Shown here one piece after another: positions 12,101-24,689 of a stretch of 64,000 bases of DNA (within the stretch, counting starts at the first letter, position 1; each line of letters starts with the position of its first letter). The stretch covers positions 4,770,061 to 4,834,060 of the forward strand of contig MU059052.1 in assembly GCA_013265495.1 (NCBI GenBank), written 5' to 3'. The notes beneath the pieces are model-generated. The model saw only the letters and a list, made by a program, of their open reading frames with translations. It did no database searches and had not been told where the DNA came from. This stretch comes from Vicugna vicugna (taxonomy: Eukaryota). The position numbers and the translations under genes were made by a program.

Positions 12101-12489
12101 AGATAATCCATATTCCTCTACTCAAATTCTCTCAAAAATAAACTATTTACCACTAGAGGAAATTTTTTTTTATTCTATGAATTACATATATATATACATA
12201 CATATAAAATTAAATTATATATGTAATTTCCTTTAGCAGTGAATAGTTTAATATATCACACAACTTGAAATAAGATAACTATTAACCCCAAATTAACATA
12301 TAGTGAACTTTAAATAATCCAAGAAATACTTTCACAACACCTAAAACAAAAAGTGCAGGAGCAATTTAAATTCCTAAAACTTATGATCACCATTTACAGT
12401 CTAGAAAGGCAAATAAGTAACAGTCCAGAGAAATATGAGCAGACACTACCCCTGATAACCATGTCTAGAGTAGGATCCTACACACACAT

Positions 12490-12740
12490 GCCTCTCTTTC
12501 ATAATAGTCCCTTATTCTCCTGAACACTAAAAAGCAGTCTATTGTATTCCTTAACACAATTGATAATTATGTATCTACTTGTTTGTTTGCTCATTCAATG
12601 CTTGTCTCTCCAGTACTTCACTGTAAGTTCCATGAGGTCAGGGAAGGTGACAGTTCTGTTCACCACCAAGCAACTATCCTAACACATGGCAGGCATTCAT
12701 TAAAATTGATAGATTGATTGACTGAATTCATGAATAAACA
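12490..12740 (+). mobile_element. L2 LINE 3' end
   Basis: CTGTAAGTTCCATGAGGTCAGGG...ACACATGGCAGGCATTCATTAAAATTG...TGAATTCATGAATAAA. Confidence 0.7.
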
Positions 12741-14059
12741 CTATTTTCTTTTAGGGTCACAGACTTTATACAGACAGATCAGAAAAACTTGCCTTTCAAA
12801 CCAACCAAGTACGAAGATGGCCCAGAAACCTCATAATACGTATGTGCGAGGAAGGAAAAGTAACAGATGCAATTAAACAGACAACTGGCCGGGTGGACAC
12901 AACAGCAGGTAAAACGACCCCTCACTCACATCTATGAACATATTTGCTGGTATTTGAGTCCACTGATGTATTATTACTGACATAATGGTAGGTAAGATGT
13001 AAAAATTAAAAATCAGTGAAAAAATAATGAACAGGTTTTGTTTTTCCTATGGATTTCTTGTACAAATTAAACACTGATAAATATTTGCAAAGCAAGGACT
13101 CAAATAGTCTTCTATCCTCTTAATTCTAGACTCTAATTTTATAATCACATCTTTATTTTTAGACTCCATGGAATAGTACAACAAAAATAAATTCTGGCAC
13201 TGAAAATGAGCTGTGTTTCAAGCCTACATATGCCAACTATGATACTTCCTTCCAACTGTGAATAAGGACTATTATATTATGCATGAAGCATTTCATGTAA
13301 TGTTTTGATATTGCTACAACTATGTAAAGCACTTGTTAAAATCGTGAGGGTCTCCTAGGAACTGAATCTGGGTGTCTGTTACGTAAGGATATGGTAGGGG
13401 GAACAAGTAGAGTGAGATTTCCCCTTTCGACATCACTTCTAAAGAGAATTATTGCAGTCAGTAATCCACCAAAAAAATACCCCATCTACTAAGAATTAAC
13501 AAGCAATTTTATCACAGGCAGACAGTGCCTAGATATAAATTCAGCTCCATTATCCCAGTGTAAGGTCACGCTGATTTACTATATTATTTCACATGCCAGT
13601 TAAGAAACTCATCTGTAATACACACCTCAAAGGGTCTTTTGAATCAAGACGATAGTGACCCTGCCTATGTCATAGCTCTGGTCCCCAGAGGGGTGAAATA
13701 CGTGCTATGAAGAAGAAAGGCTTGATTTTGACATGCGGTTGCTTAGCATCAAGTACTTCTATGGCAAAAGACGAATGGTACCAATAAAATAGCTTATTAC
13801 AAAGGCTACCAATCAGCCCTTGAAAAGTCATGACCCAGCGCCGACTTCCCGAAGCAATTCTCTCAGCTGAATCTGATATTTATTGTTGTTATGATTCTTC
13901 ACACAATGAAATCCCTCAGAAACCCTCTCCCTTGATATTTTTAACTCGAATACTTCACTTTTCAACCGCAACTTCTGTGCCTTTCCCATACTGGCAAGTA
14001 CACTCATTTTTTCTTTTGCCTTCAAATAGATCTGTAATTCATTCCTGAACCTTCTACAT

Positions 14060-14370
14060 TTTCTGCTCACTAATTTTTCCTAAGGTCTTTTTTACACAGG
14101 ACTTATCCTTCACCTTCCCTTAAATGCTGATGCTCTGAGGTCTTCCCTGAGATTCATGTGCACCTGCTCTTCCCCCAGCAGGGTGGATCTGTCTTTCTCC
14201 TCCCAGCCTCCTCAGCAGTTCTTGCGATACTTCCTGATTTTACAAGCACTTCACTCTGTGACTGTTTATGTATCTGCCTCCCACTGCCAGGCTGAGGTTT
14301 TTGCGGACAGGACATATACTCAAGCACATCACCTAATTAATAGCAGGTCTCAGTAAATGTAAGATTAATG
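14060..14370 (+). mobile_element. L2 LINE fragment
   Basis: CCTTCCCTTAAATGCTGATGCT and 3' end TAATAGCAGGTCTCAGTAAATGT. Confidence 0.5.
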
Positions 14371-14444
14371 AGCAAGGCTCTGAGAAACTGATAAGTGGGT
14401 GAGGAAGACAGAGAAAGCTAGAAACGTGGTGAGTTCTGAAAGTA

Positions 14445-14620
14445 GGCACAACACAATGGTTAAGAAGAAAAACTCCAGAACCCACTGCCAGGGTTCAAAT
14501 CCCAGTCCTGCCATTTTCTAGTCCTTAGGGAAGGTACCTATCTTCTGAATATCATGAGGAATGACTGAGTTAATACATGTCAAACATGTAGAAAAGTATC
14601 TTTAAGCATTCTAAACACTC
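14445..14620 (+). mobile_element. MIR SINE
   Basis: ACACAATGGTTAAGA...GGGTTCAAATCCCAGTCCTGCC. Confidence 0.65.
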
Positions 14621-16339
14621 TGAGAGCTGGAAATTAACATTTACACAACGGATTAGGTCCTTTAAGAATTCCAGTTACCCTGTACTAATAAAACCTTTTA
14701 AGTTATTAACAAAATAACAGGTTCAATTTTTGTTTTAAGAGCTTTCTTATTGAAAGGAAGCAAACCCACAGATGTCTAGACTTTTGCCTCTGGTAACGCT
14801 GACTTGTGCACATGCCTGAGTTCACCTGTGACAACAAAGAAGTCACTTAAAACATCTATAAAATGAACTCAAGTTACATGAAACAGTTCCTTTTTTTTTT
14901 TTAAGTTTATGAATTATACCCATTTTCCCCATAGTATTACAGGAAAATAGCACATGATTAGTGTTTTCAATTCTCAGATCACAATCCCCAAACTTTGGAG
15001 AGCAAATGGAAAGTAAGAACAAGGTAGAATTTTTCTAACTAGACTGTAGGTGCAAAAATACTGAAAAATGAATGGGAACTTGAGTCCAGAGAAGTCATAA
15101 CTACAAATTCAGACCATCTCGTTCCTCCCTTTCTAGTCCCAGCCCCAGGCCCCTGAGAACCAGTGGGAAAGCCCAAAGGGACATCTCTTGGCCTGGGCAG
15201 GACATCTATTTACTCAGGGGAATCAGAGCTGCAGAATATTTGGTCGTGGCCCTTAAAACCAAGGGTTCAGTCTCTGGGTAGGGTAGATTGGTGAAAGATG
15301 GTCTATTTATAGGATTTAAAAAAAAAAAAGAAGATCAATTCATGAGTGCTCTTGCCCTAAGGACAGCCTAAAACAACCATTCTCTGTTTCTGAGACCAGG
15401 GACTCAGTCCTGATATCCCTTCAGGACATGACCCATGGTCAGCTTCTCAAGGAGGGACCCACCCTACCAGCCTGAGCTCTATGACAGGACAAAGAGAGAC
15501 AGTCCTAGCCCCTGCACCCCACTGGCAACCCTCTTCTCCCTGCGGGGCCAGTGCTTCAGGGCCAGTGCTGCAGGGCAAGCTCTTTAGAAAGACTCAGTAT
15601 GAATTCTCTCCTGCAATTGTGGTCATTAGAGAACATGGGTTAGGTAGGTTAAAACCCTCTCAGTCTTACAGTGGTACTTTCACGACAGATGTGTTATTGC
15701 TACAGTGTATTCTGGAATATGAATCATAACACACAGCAATTATTACTGAATTACTTTTAAGCACACCACTGAAACAGAATGCCTCATTAACCAGCCTTGC
15801 TCTCTCCATTAGCAAACTAATCATTAGTGTAGGGCCCTCTAAGAGGAAGAGGGGGGAAAGCTCCCAACTCAGAACCTTTACACTTCTCTGCACATAACTG
15901 TAGGCCACGGCTTGTGAAACTTGGCTCTCTGATTGCCAGGGAAGCGCCAAAACTCAAAATTAACCTTGGCCACTACCAAACTCGGAGAATCAGTCATCAG
16001 AAAAAGTCTGCTTTCCCCCCTCCTATCTTGGACAGCATAATTTAGAATGGACAAGTCTAAAGTACCACTTTTTAGGAGAAAAATATCCAAATGACCTCCT
16101 ATATTCTAAATTTGTGCTAAGGAATAAAGAATATAAAAAGTAGCAGGCAGAAGTTTCAAAATGCTTATAATCGGAGGCGGGGAAGAAGAATATACTAAAA
16201 AGTAAGTTCAGAAAAATGTAAGATAGTATATAATTAACCCAATGCCAAATGGTGTGATATCAATAATAGGTAGTAAATAGGCTCAACCTGGGGTGAGATC
16301 AGTAAAGCTGGGGATGACAGGTTCAAGAGTAACTATCAT

Positions 16340-16687
16340 ACCATATGAGATCACTCATATGTGGAATCTAAAAAAAAAAAACACAAACAAAGCATAAATA
16401 AAAAACAGAAATAGATTAATAGACATAGAATACAAACTTGTGGTTGCTAAGGGGGCAGAGGGTGAGAAGGGATAGACTGGGATTTCAAAATTGTAGTACA
16501 GATAAACAAGATTATACTGTACAGCACAGGGAAATATACACAAGATCTTATGGTAGCTCATGGAGAAAAAAATGTGACAATGAATATAAATATGTTCATG
16601 TATAACTGAAAAATTGTGCTCTATACTGGAATTTGATACAACATTGTAAAATGATTATAAATCAATAAAAAATGTTAAAAAAAAAAA
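16340..16687 (+). mobile_element. Young camelid-type L1 3' end, 5'-truncated
   Basis: ACCATATGAGATCACTCATATGTGGAATCT...TGATTATAAATCAATAAAAAATGTT plus poly(A); exact TSD AAGAGTAACTATCAT at 16325-16339 and 16688-16702. Confidence 0.92.
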
Positions 16688-18245
16688 AAGAGTAACTATC
16701 ATGACTCAAGAAAGGGATTGGAGCATCATTTCAGATTACCATCTATAGAGTATTAGCTTGATAACCTCCCGGATCATTAAAAAATAGGAAAAGACTGGTC
16801 ACTGTCAGAAACATGTCACAGACCATACTGAGGACATTATTCTGCGCTTGTAATCAAGGAGAAAAACTCCTAGTCCCTGTCACCTTGGAAGGTGATCTGA
16901 AATATGCTTAAGTTAACTTATAGATGACAGATTCTGGTTTTTTTTTTTTTAACTTATTTACTAGTTTTTATATATTTTCAACCTCTGTCTAAAGTTATGG
17001 AAAATTATAATAAAGAACGTAACAATAACCTTACAGAAGGAAACAAATTCAAAACTCAATGTGAAAATCTAGAACTCTTCTAAAATAAAATGTGTCTTTT
17101 TTTTTTTTTTTTAAAGCCTTCAGCAGTGAAGAAAGCATAACATTCAGACTCAGCTCTGGGAGGCGGCAATGGAATCTAAAGGGACCTGGTACCTCGAGGC
17201 AAGAACAGATACAAGTCTTCAGGCACACTAAATACCCCCTTTCTTTTTGGCAAGTTTCTGATCAAAGCTGCTTGTCAGAACGGTTGAGGGTGCACTCTAA
17301 TCTACACCCAGAGACTGATATTCCAAACTGCTGATGAGGACAATCTCAAACACATGGAAGATCAGACTAGCAGACAGCAAGGCAGGACCTTGTAAATCAA
17401 GTTGAGAAATTTAACCAGACCTCTCCAAAGAAGCCACACAGAGGTGGGGCGCTGAGGAGGCTGTGGGCTAAACAAGACACTTTCTTGGGCAACAGCAAAG
17501 ATTCTCCTCAGACATGTCGACGTCTGACGGTACATCCAGGAATCCACGTAGTGGAGAATGGAAGAAAGGCTTTGAACCTTACGGGTTTTCAAAATTGGAA
17601 TAATCACTTTCTTAACCTAACCAATGATAACTTCGAAACTATTCCCAAGAAACATCTAATTCTGAGTAGCATGCCTTGCTGATGAGGCCTTTGATGTCAC
17701 TAGCCCCAGAGAGCTGAGTGAATTGGCTTATTACACCCAAGAGTTATTTAACATTTGCCAATCGGATGCAGAGAATGACTGCCTAAGGCAGAAAGATTCG
17801 TGTGCAGGTTTACAAGGTAGAATGATTAAGTTCTGACTTGGCTTCTATTTTCTCCTTGAGTTCGTAAGACTAAAAGAGGATATGTGTGCAAAAGAACAAT
17901 GAGCATTACTTAAGTCTGAAGGAAAAAGGAAGAAAGTTACGTATTATTCTGGCAATGTTTTGTTTTATAAACTACTTGGCAGCATTTGGCTAAATCCAGC
18001 AAGAAATTTTAAGTACCATGTTTTAGCCATAGATCATTTCCATGAAAGCGTCATAACTTCACTAAATTTTTGAAGAGATGATTTAATTAAAATTAAATGG
18101 AACAGATATTTATTAACTACTTATTATGTATGAGGCATTATACTAAAATCCGATAAGCCCATGTGTACCAGGACCTACCTTCAAATACCTCACAATCTAA
18201 TGAAGGAAAGGAAAGACAAGACACATAATGTATACAAAAAGCCAC

Positions 18246-18644
18246 AGTTTTAGATTGAACTGTGTTCCCCCAAAATTCATCTGTTCAAGTCCCAACCCCC
18301 AGGACCTTCAAATATGACTACATTTGGAGACAGGGCCTTCAGAGAGATAATTAAAGTTAAATGAGGTCATATGGGTGGGCCCTTACCCAATCTGACTAGT
18401 GTCCCTTCTAAGAAGAGGAAGCGACACCAGGATACAAGGGAGGTGCATGCACAGAAAAGAGACCAGATGAGGACACAAAGGGACCTCTGCAAGTCAAAGA
18501 GACAGGCCTTGGGAGAAACCTACCCTACTGACACCTTGATCTTGGACTTTCAGCCTCTAGGACTGTGAGAAATGAAATTTCTGTAGTTTAAGTCACCCAG
18601 TTTGTGGTATTTTGTTAGGGTCACCCTAGCAGACTAATAATAAA
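18246..18644 (+). mobile_element. MLT1A/B-type MaLR solo LTR
   Basis: TGTGTTCCCCCAAAATTC...ATTTGGAGACAGGGCC...CACCTTGATCTTGGACTTTCAGCCTCTAGGACTGTGAGAAAT...GCAGACTAATA; 5-bp TSD GCCAC at 18241-18245 and 18645-18649. Confidence 0.9.
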
Positions 18645-18692
18645 GCCACTGTCCTGGGGAAGTAATGACGCATAGCACAAAAGGGAAAGTGA

Positions 18693-18801
18693 GGGAAGAG
18701 GGAATAGCTCAGTGGTAGAGTGCGTGCCTAGAATGCACAAGGTCCCGGGTTCAATCCCCAGTCTCTCCACTAAAAATGAATAAATAAACCCAATTACCTC
18801 C
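18693..18801 (+). mobile_element. Camelid tRNA-Ala-derived SINE
   Basis: A box TAGCTCAGTGG, B box GGTTCAATCC, tail ATAAACCCAATTACCTCC. Confidence 0.9.
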
Positions 18802-19143
18802 TGAATCAGGAGACATTTCATGGAGGAAGCTCATGGGATGGATGAGTGAAATTCTGAACATGAAGGTGCGGGAAGAATGGGGAGAAAAATCATTCCAGGA
18901 ATGAGCCAAGATCCCAGGGTAGGAAAGGGTAGGACATTTGGAGAGTAACCAGTTGTCCAGTTTGGTGACATTCTGATTTCCTGTGGGCAGGGAAATGAGA
19001 CTCTGTTAAAATCATACAGCAAAGGGCTTTGAATGTCAGTGTGAGGGATTTATCCTGAATTTGGTAGAAGCAGGGCAGCACATAAAAGAGAAATAAACTA
19101 TCAATTATATGGTCTTCAAGTGCAACAGGAATGATTATTTCTT

Positions 19144-19420
19144 TTTTTTTTTAACTTTTTTATTGATTTATAATCATTTTACAATGTTGTGTCAAATTCC
19201 AGTGTTCAGCACAATTTTTCAGTCATTCATGGACATATACACACTCATTGTCACATTTTTTTCTCTGTGACTTATCATAACATTTTGTGTATATTTCCCT
19301 GTGCTATACAGTGTAATCTTGTTTATCTATTCTACAATTTTGAAATCCCAGTCTATCCCTTCCCACCCTCTACCCCCCTGGTAACCACAAGTCTGTATTC
19401 TCTGTCCATGAGTCTTTAGA
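19144..19420 (-). mobile_element. Young camelid-type L1 3' end
   Basis: Poly(T) then AACTTTTTTATTGATTTATAATCATTTTACAATGTTG...; exact TSD AGGAATGATTATTTCTT at 19127-19143 and 19421-19437. Confidence 0.92.
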
Positions 19421-20504
19421 AGGAATGATTATTTCTTATTTCTGAATGTGGAGAAGAATCTTATATAGGGCAATGAAATTAATAAAATTTGTGTTTTTCT
19501 TTCTGAAAAACATACACACATGAAAGTTCTAAGTATGAATTTATTCTAAGAGTCTAAGATTAGTGTAATATAAACATTTCTGGGGGTACATTCCTAGATA
19601 GACTGTGGTATTATTTCACTGCAAGCTCATCTGAATTCTGAAGAGCTTCCAAAAATAAATGCCACTATCTAAAAAAGGATACTAACCTGAATTCTAAATT
19701 CATATTCATTACATAGTCTGTTAGGTGTCACACACAACACTGGAGTGATACACATCCTTCTAGGAAACAGAAAAGTGACTGAACTAAACAAATCCCTCAT
19801 TAGAAGCGTGCTAGGCTTCTAAGTTTGATAGCACAAGTAAAGGAGGTACACTTCTTCTGAACTGAAATTTCCACCTCAATAAATAAATGAGAAGGTGTAA
19901 TATTTTACACCATTAGCTACACTGTTTGTTATTAGACCACTGAGGATACCTTAGATCACTTTCCTGGCATCAAGACATTTATTTATACTCCCTTAATTTG
20001 CAGACCCCAGTGAAACTTAGATAATTAAAAGGGTATTTCAAACTTAGGTCATTAGAAGAACATTGGCCAAACCCAGTAAGTTTCCACTGATATCAAAACA
20101 AACTAAAAACCCACTTCAGGAGCTGACCTTTCATTATATCCTTTCTACTTATTGCAGACAAACATCAACATATCTATATTATTGCATTTCAATGCCAGCA
20201 GAAACCCAACAATTACTAAAGAAACCATGAAAATGGATGCTGTAATCCTTCTTAGGGATATAATCTAGGAGAATGTAGGGAATTTTAATCAGCAGTAAAT
20301 AAAGCAGACTCCTTATTTCTCAACACTGCTAGGTACCAGGGATGCAGACCAATCACTTCCAGTACCTGGCCCAGTTTGATTTACTGGGAAAGGAGAAAAG
20401 GAGAGAGGGAAAAAATGCCCCAATCATAACCCCTCTTCAAAAGATTGATGTGAGAAGAAAGTGCTTTGCCTCTCTTCAAGGATTTCTCTCAGCAAGAGAA
20501 GTTT

Positions 20505-20905
20505 CAGAAATAGACCCACAGACAGAGAAAACAAACTTATGGTCACCAAAGGGGAAAGCAAGGGGCTAGGAAGGGTAAATTAGGAGTTTGGGATTAACAG
20601 ATACAAAATGGAGGTGGGGTAGAGGCTATACCTCAATGGTAGAGAGCATGCTTAGTTGGCATGCACAAGGTCCTGGGTTCGATCCCTGGCGCCTCCATTA
20701 AAAAAAAAAAACAAAAAACAAAATAGATATGCCAACTGTGTAGCACAGGGAACTATGTTCAATATCTTGTAATAACCTATAATGGAAAAAATCTGAAAGA
20801 GAAAAGAAATATATATATGTATAACTGAACCACTTTGCTATACACATGAAACTAATGCAACATTGTAAATCAAGTATACTCCAATTAAAAAGAAAAAAGA
20901 GAAAG
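20505..20905 (+). mobile_element. Artiodactyl-type L1 3' end interrupted by a SINE
   Basis: GAAAACAAACTTATGGTCACCAAAGGGGAAAG...AGCACAGGGAACTATGTTCAATATCTTGTAATAACCTATAATGG...CAACATTGTAAATCAA. Confidence 0.85.
20610..20712 (+). mobile_element. Camelid tRNA-Ala-derived SINE, short form without the CCTAATTACCTCC tail
   Basis: CTATACCTCAATGGTAGAGAGCATGCTTAG...GGTCCTGGGTTCGATCCCTGGCGCCTCCATT plus poly(A). Confidence 0.85.
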
Positions 20906-23559
20906 AAAGAGAAGTTTCCTTCATCTAGGAAAAAGAGACTAACTCCCTGCCCACATGGCGACATTCCAGGAGTGTGGCTGAGGTATCCCAAGTGCAGCAA
21001 ATGGGCAGGAGAAGTGCCCACGGGCACCGTAGCCCTGGCTCCCAACAGCCCTCTTCCTAGTTTCTGCTGCCATTTCCCCAAGAAAAACAAACAAACAAAA
21101 ATAACAACAAACAAGGACAACAAAAACCCAGAAGGAACAGCAGGGAACCCTTCCTCAACTGCCAAACAGACAAGATGAATGATCTCTGCTGACAAGGTCT
21201 CCCTGCTCCAGACAGAATTACAGAGGAAGCAGCACTGAGGGGTCACCCACTGGCCAACTCCTCCACAGTCCCAAATGAGACCCAGAGAAGGAAAAAAACA
21301 TGTGGTAAGCCTAAAATAGAAAAAACAAGACTGTTTTTTGGAAGAAAATGCTACACAAAGTCAGGTAATCCAACTCTCACATAAATGCAACCAACTTTCC
21401 TGATAGAAACTCCTGGGCCACCTGCTCTCTCGAGGTAAAACTACTGAACTAAAAATAAAAATGTATTGATTTTCACGGATATTGTGTCTCAGCAGAAAGG
21501 GAAGGTCCTCAGGTTGTAAGAAAGTTTGGAGGGAGGCTGGTTACTGAACAAAAGCTACATATTTGAGAGCGACCAGGGTGCATTTCTATATATAGCACTT
21601 TTCTGTTAAGCTGCAGTAAAAATCGTCTTTGAACGCAGCATTGTATCCAAAAGCAAAGTCATTTGTGGACGGCCTCCCAGAGAAGCCAAAGGACTGCCAA
21701 ACATGAATATGAGCCTCCAAATCTCCTGATACTGTTTTTTTCTCTTTAAAATGTAATATATTAGCAGATATTTTTCCAATAAAGGTAAAAAAGCAAATTG
21801 AATACTAGAAATCATGTTTTAAAACACTGTTAACACTTGCAGAACTCCACTGTGATTAGAATACAATTTCAAGGCAATGAGAATTTCATATAAATACGTG
21901 CAGTGACATGCATCTATCCACTCACACAGCTCACTCTGTGGCTTGAGTCCAGGGTGATATAGGTCTCCTAACCCACCCAGCCATCAGAGCCTTAGGTTTC
22001 AATGTCAAGAAACTAAATCAAGAGGATAGGAAACATTTATGTGTTATTACCCCTGCATCAGGGTCCTGACACTGGGCCTGTCCAGGGAAGAGCCACACGG
22101 CAAACAGATCTTCAGGCCACCTTCATCAGCAGATGACGCAGGGTCAAGGTCAAATCTAACAAGCATCATGCACAGTGGGGGTCATCCAGGAATCTGAAGA
22201 GGTCATCCAGGCCAAGAAGAGGATGGCCCTGTCTTCAGAGGCAACCTTGTGCCTGCTTGTGGTGACTTGCTGACTGCAGCCTTTCAGATCAGGCGCTCCC
22301 CACTCCCATCCTTCAGACACTCTCACTGGAGACCCAGGGTCCACTGCTCAGAGCAATCAGATGGGTATTCAACTGGAGGTGGGGGTAGCTCACAGACTGC
22401 AGGAGGAGCCTGTCCCATAGGGTCTGTGCAACTCACCTCCCACCATGAAACATGCAGCTGCATCTGTCTGCATCTTTCCCATTCAGAATGCACCTCAGCA
22501 AGGAGTAGTCCCATCTATGAGCCATCTATTCCTCTCCTCCAAGACCCCCCTCCGCGCCACCCTCTGGACTTCCACCCTCAGGTCTTCACTGAGCCAAGTG
22601 AGGGAGGTATAGGTGACCCACATGAGAAAAGGGGTGGAGTCATTTCTGAAAATCGCCCACAGCAGGTGACAGCACCTGGGTACAGAACAGTGGGCCCTTT
22701 AAGCTCTTCCCATCTGGCCACCTGGTCCTGCCCCAATAGCTGGTTCCTCAGGGCATTCGTTGGACCAGATGACACTACGCAGGGGATGCAAGCACATGGG
22801 GAAGATGGAGCCGTTGAGGGTCCCAGTCTGGCTAGGTTTGTTTTGAGGTATGAGCAGTGGTCACAAAAACACTACCTTAGGTGGGGTGGGGATAAGGGAC
22901 TGCCTTAGTTCCAGTTATTTCCATCTGCTTGCCCTTAGGACATAGGTAAGTGTCCTGGTCTCTGTGGTGTCTATATCAGGCTGAGAAAAACACTTTAATT
23001 TTACAAACTGGTGAAAATCACCAGTTTATATGTATATCAGTTACCATACACAGTATTTCTGCCCACATGGGGCAATTTTGCTAGTCATTTGTTCTCTCTT
23101 TAATTCCAGCCAATAATTTCTGTTTTATATATCTAGACATCTTTTGCAATTTTTCACTAAAACTTTTTAATGTTTATGAAGTTTTTTATTCAGAAAACTG
23201 ATCACTCCATGACACTTCAGTTACCATCCTGAGCTTCTGCTCTCAGAACTCGTGTGACAGGACCCTGGCCTGGTTCCTGGTTCCACGTAAAAGGGTCAGG
23301 GCTGAAGCTCCCATTCTGGACAGAGTATGACCTGCCTGTCTAACCTCAGATCACTAGATATTTTAATTAAGTACAGGCTTCTTCTTTCATAAAGAAGAGA
23401 GATAAACAGTCTACATAATACTCCAAATACTCTCCAAGGGCCTTCGCGTTTCTTCTTGGCCCCAACCTGGAAGAAGACTTTTTCCACATTCATCACGAAG
23501 ATTCCTCTGAGTAAACTGTGAGTGAGAGGATTTTACCAAAGATTTCACAGAAAGAAGTG

Positions 23560-23830
23560 CCATAGTGTTTACACCCACACAATCACATCGAGCCCTGGAG
23601 GCACAGCTCTTCTCAAATCTTTCTTATCAGCCTCCAGCCCGCAGTCCTCACTCCCTTCGCCTTTACCTGAGAGATCTTTGAATTCCATTGGCTTTCATCT
23701 CCCCTCAGGGACAGTTTCAGGTACCTCTCAATCTCTCCCACTTTCCTACACAGAAAAATTTAGTTCTATCCCAGTTTCTACCTCTTGTTTTATACTCCTT
23801 ACCTGGCACCTAAAGGTGTCTTCAAGGACG
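23560..23830 (+). mobile_element. L2 LINE fragment
   Basis: Pyrimidine-rich L2-like text CTCTTCTCAAATCTTTC...ACTCCTTACCTGGCACC. Confidence 0.45.
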
Positions 23831-24689
23831 TGATGGGCTGTCATTGAGAGAGAGCTGATTCTCTGCTCAGCAAACCACAGATTCTCCACAATTAGGACCC
23901 TGAGAAGGCAGTGGTGGATTACCAATAGAAAAATTAAAAATTACACTACTGAATATTCAATAAAAACAAGCTTGCCAATTGAAAAAAAAAAAAGGCAACA
24001 AATTAGGTCAGAGGCTATGGTGAAAGAAGCCATTACTAGGGAATTCCTAAGGCAAAGTGGGCCGTTGGCCAGTTCTAGCAATTTAAAAACCAAAGTGATC
24101 TGTTCCTGAGGTCTCAAATACAAAGACCAGTATCTGAGACTTGGAAGAAAAGTCTCAAGTGAGCAGAAGTCATAGAAGAACTGGGTTCCTGGTGAAAACA
24201 GCTGGGCTGAGAGGGCAGCGATGCAAAACCCAGGGATTCTGACAATGAGGTCAGGAGCCCAAAGTGAGCTAATTTGGGGCACCACAAAATATTTAAAATA
24301 GAGAGCAAAAAGAAAATTATGATCATTAAGGTACGTAAGAAAAGGAAAAGAATCTTTGAAAATTGATTTTTCAGTATCTAATTCCATAGTCTTCCCCAAA
24401 CAGAAAAGCTTCAGTAAGCTTAGCTTCTTTTCAAAAGATCTGCAGAAGGTTTAAGAGAATCTCATACCAGGACCTAGCCAAAAACAAAACATCATTTCCT
24501 TTACGCTCCCCACTCCCCCAGAGAGCTCCCTCCCCACCCGTCCCGGTTGACCTCCATGTTTCATTACAAGGACTACTGCATCCTAAGTCCATCAGGTCAA
24601 AACATTTGTGTGGTTTTTGGCTTTTTAACTAATCTTCTTCTAAGCAAGGGCCAAATGCTGCAAATCTGACCTGCCTCCTCGTGCTCCCT

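Larger units (their letters stand above)
18110..19080 (-). mobile_element. L2 LINE fragments interrupted by an LTR and a SINE
   Basis: TTTATTAACTACTTATTATGTATGAGGC...CTCACAATCTAATG, resuming as ATCAGGAGACATTTCATGGAGGAAG...GGGCTTTGAATGTCAG. Confidence 0.6.

Noticed and set aside
18701-18771. tRNA-Ala-like sequences (also 6908, 9013, 20610, 48456)
   Set aside because: They have A/B boxes but degenerate stems, a shared non-tRNA tail, A tails and in some cases TSDs, so they are SINE copies rather than tRNA genes.
20698-21246. 182-aa and 110-aa overlapping ORFs
   Set aside because: Built partly from L1 3' UTR and A-rich runs; no domain.
23941-24399. 152-aa hydrophobic minus ORF
   Set aside because: No recognisable family or splice signals; composition follows T-richness.
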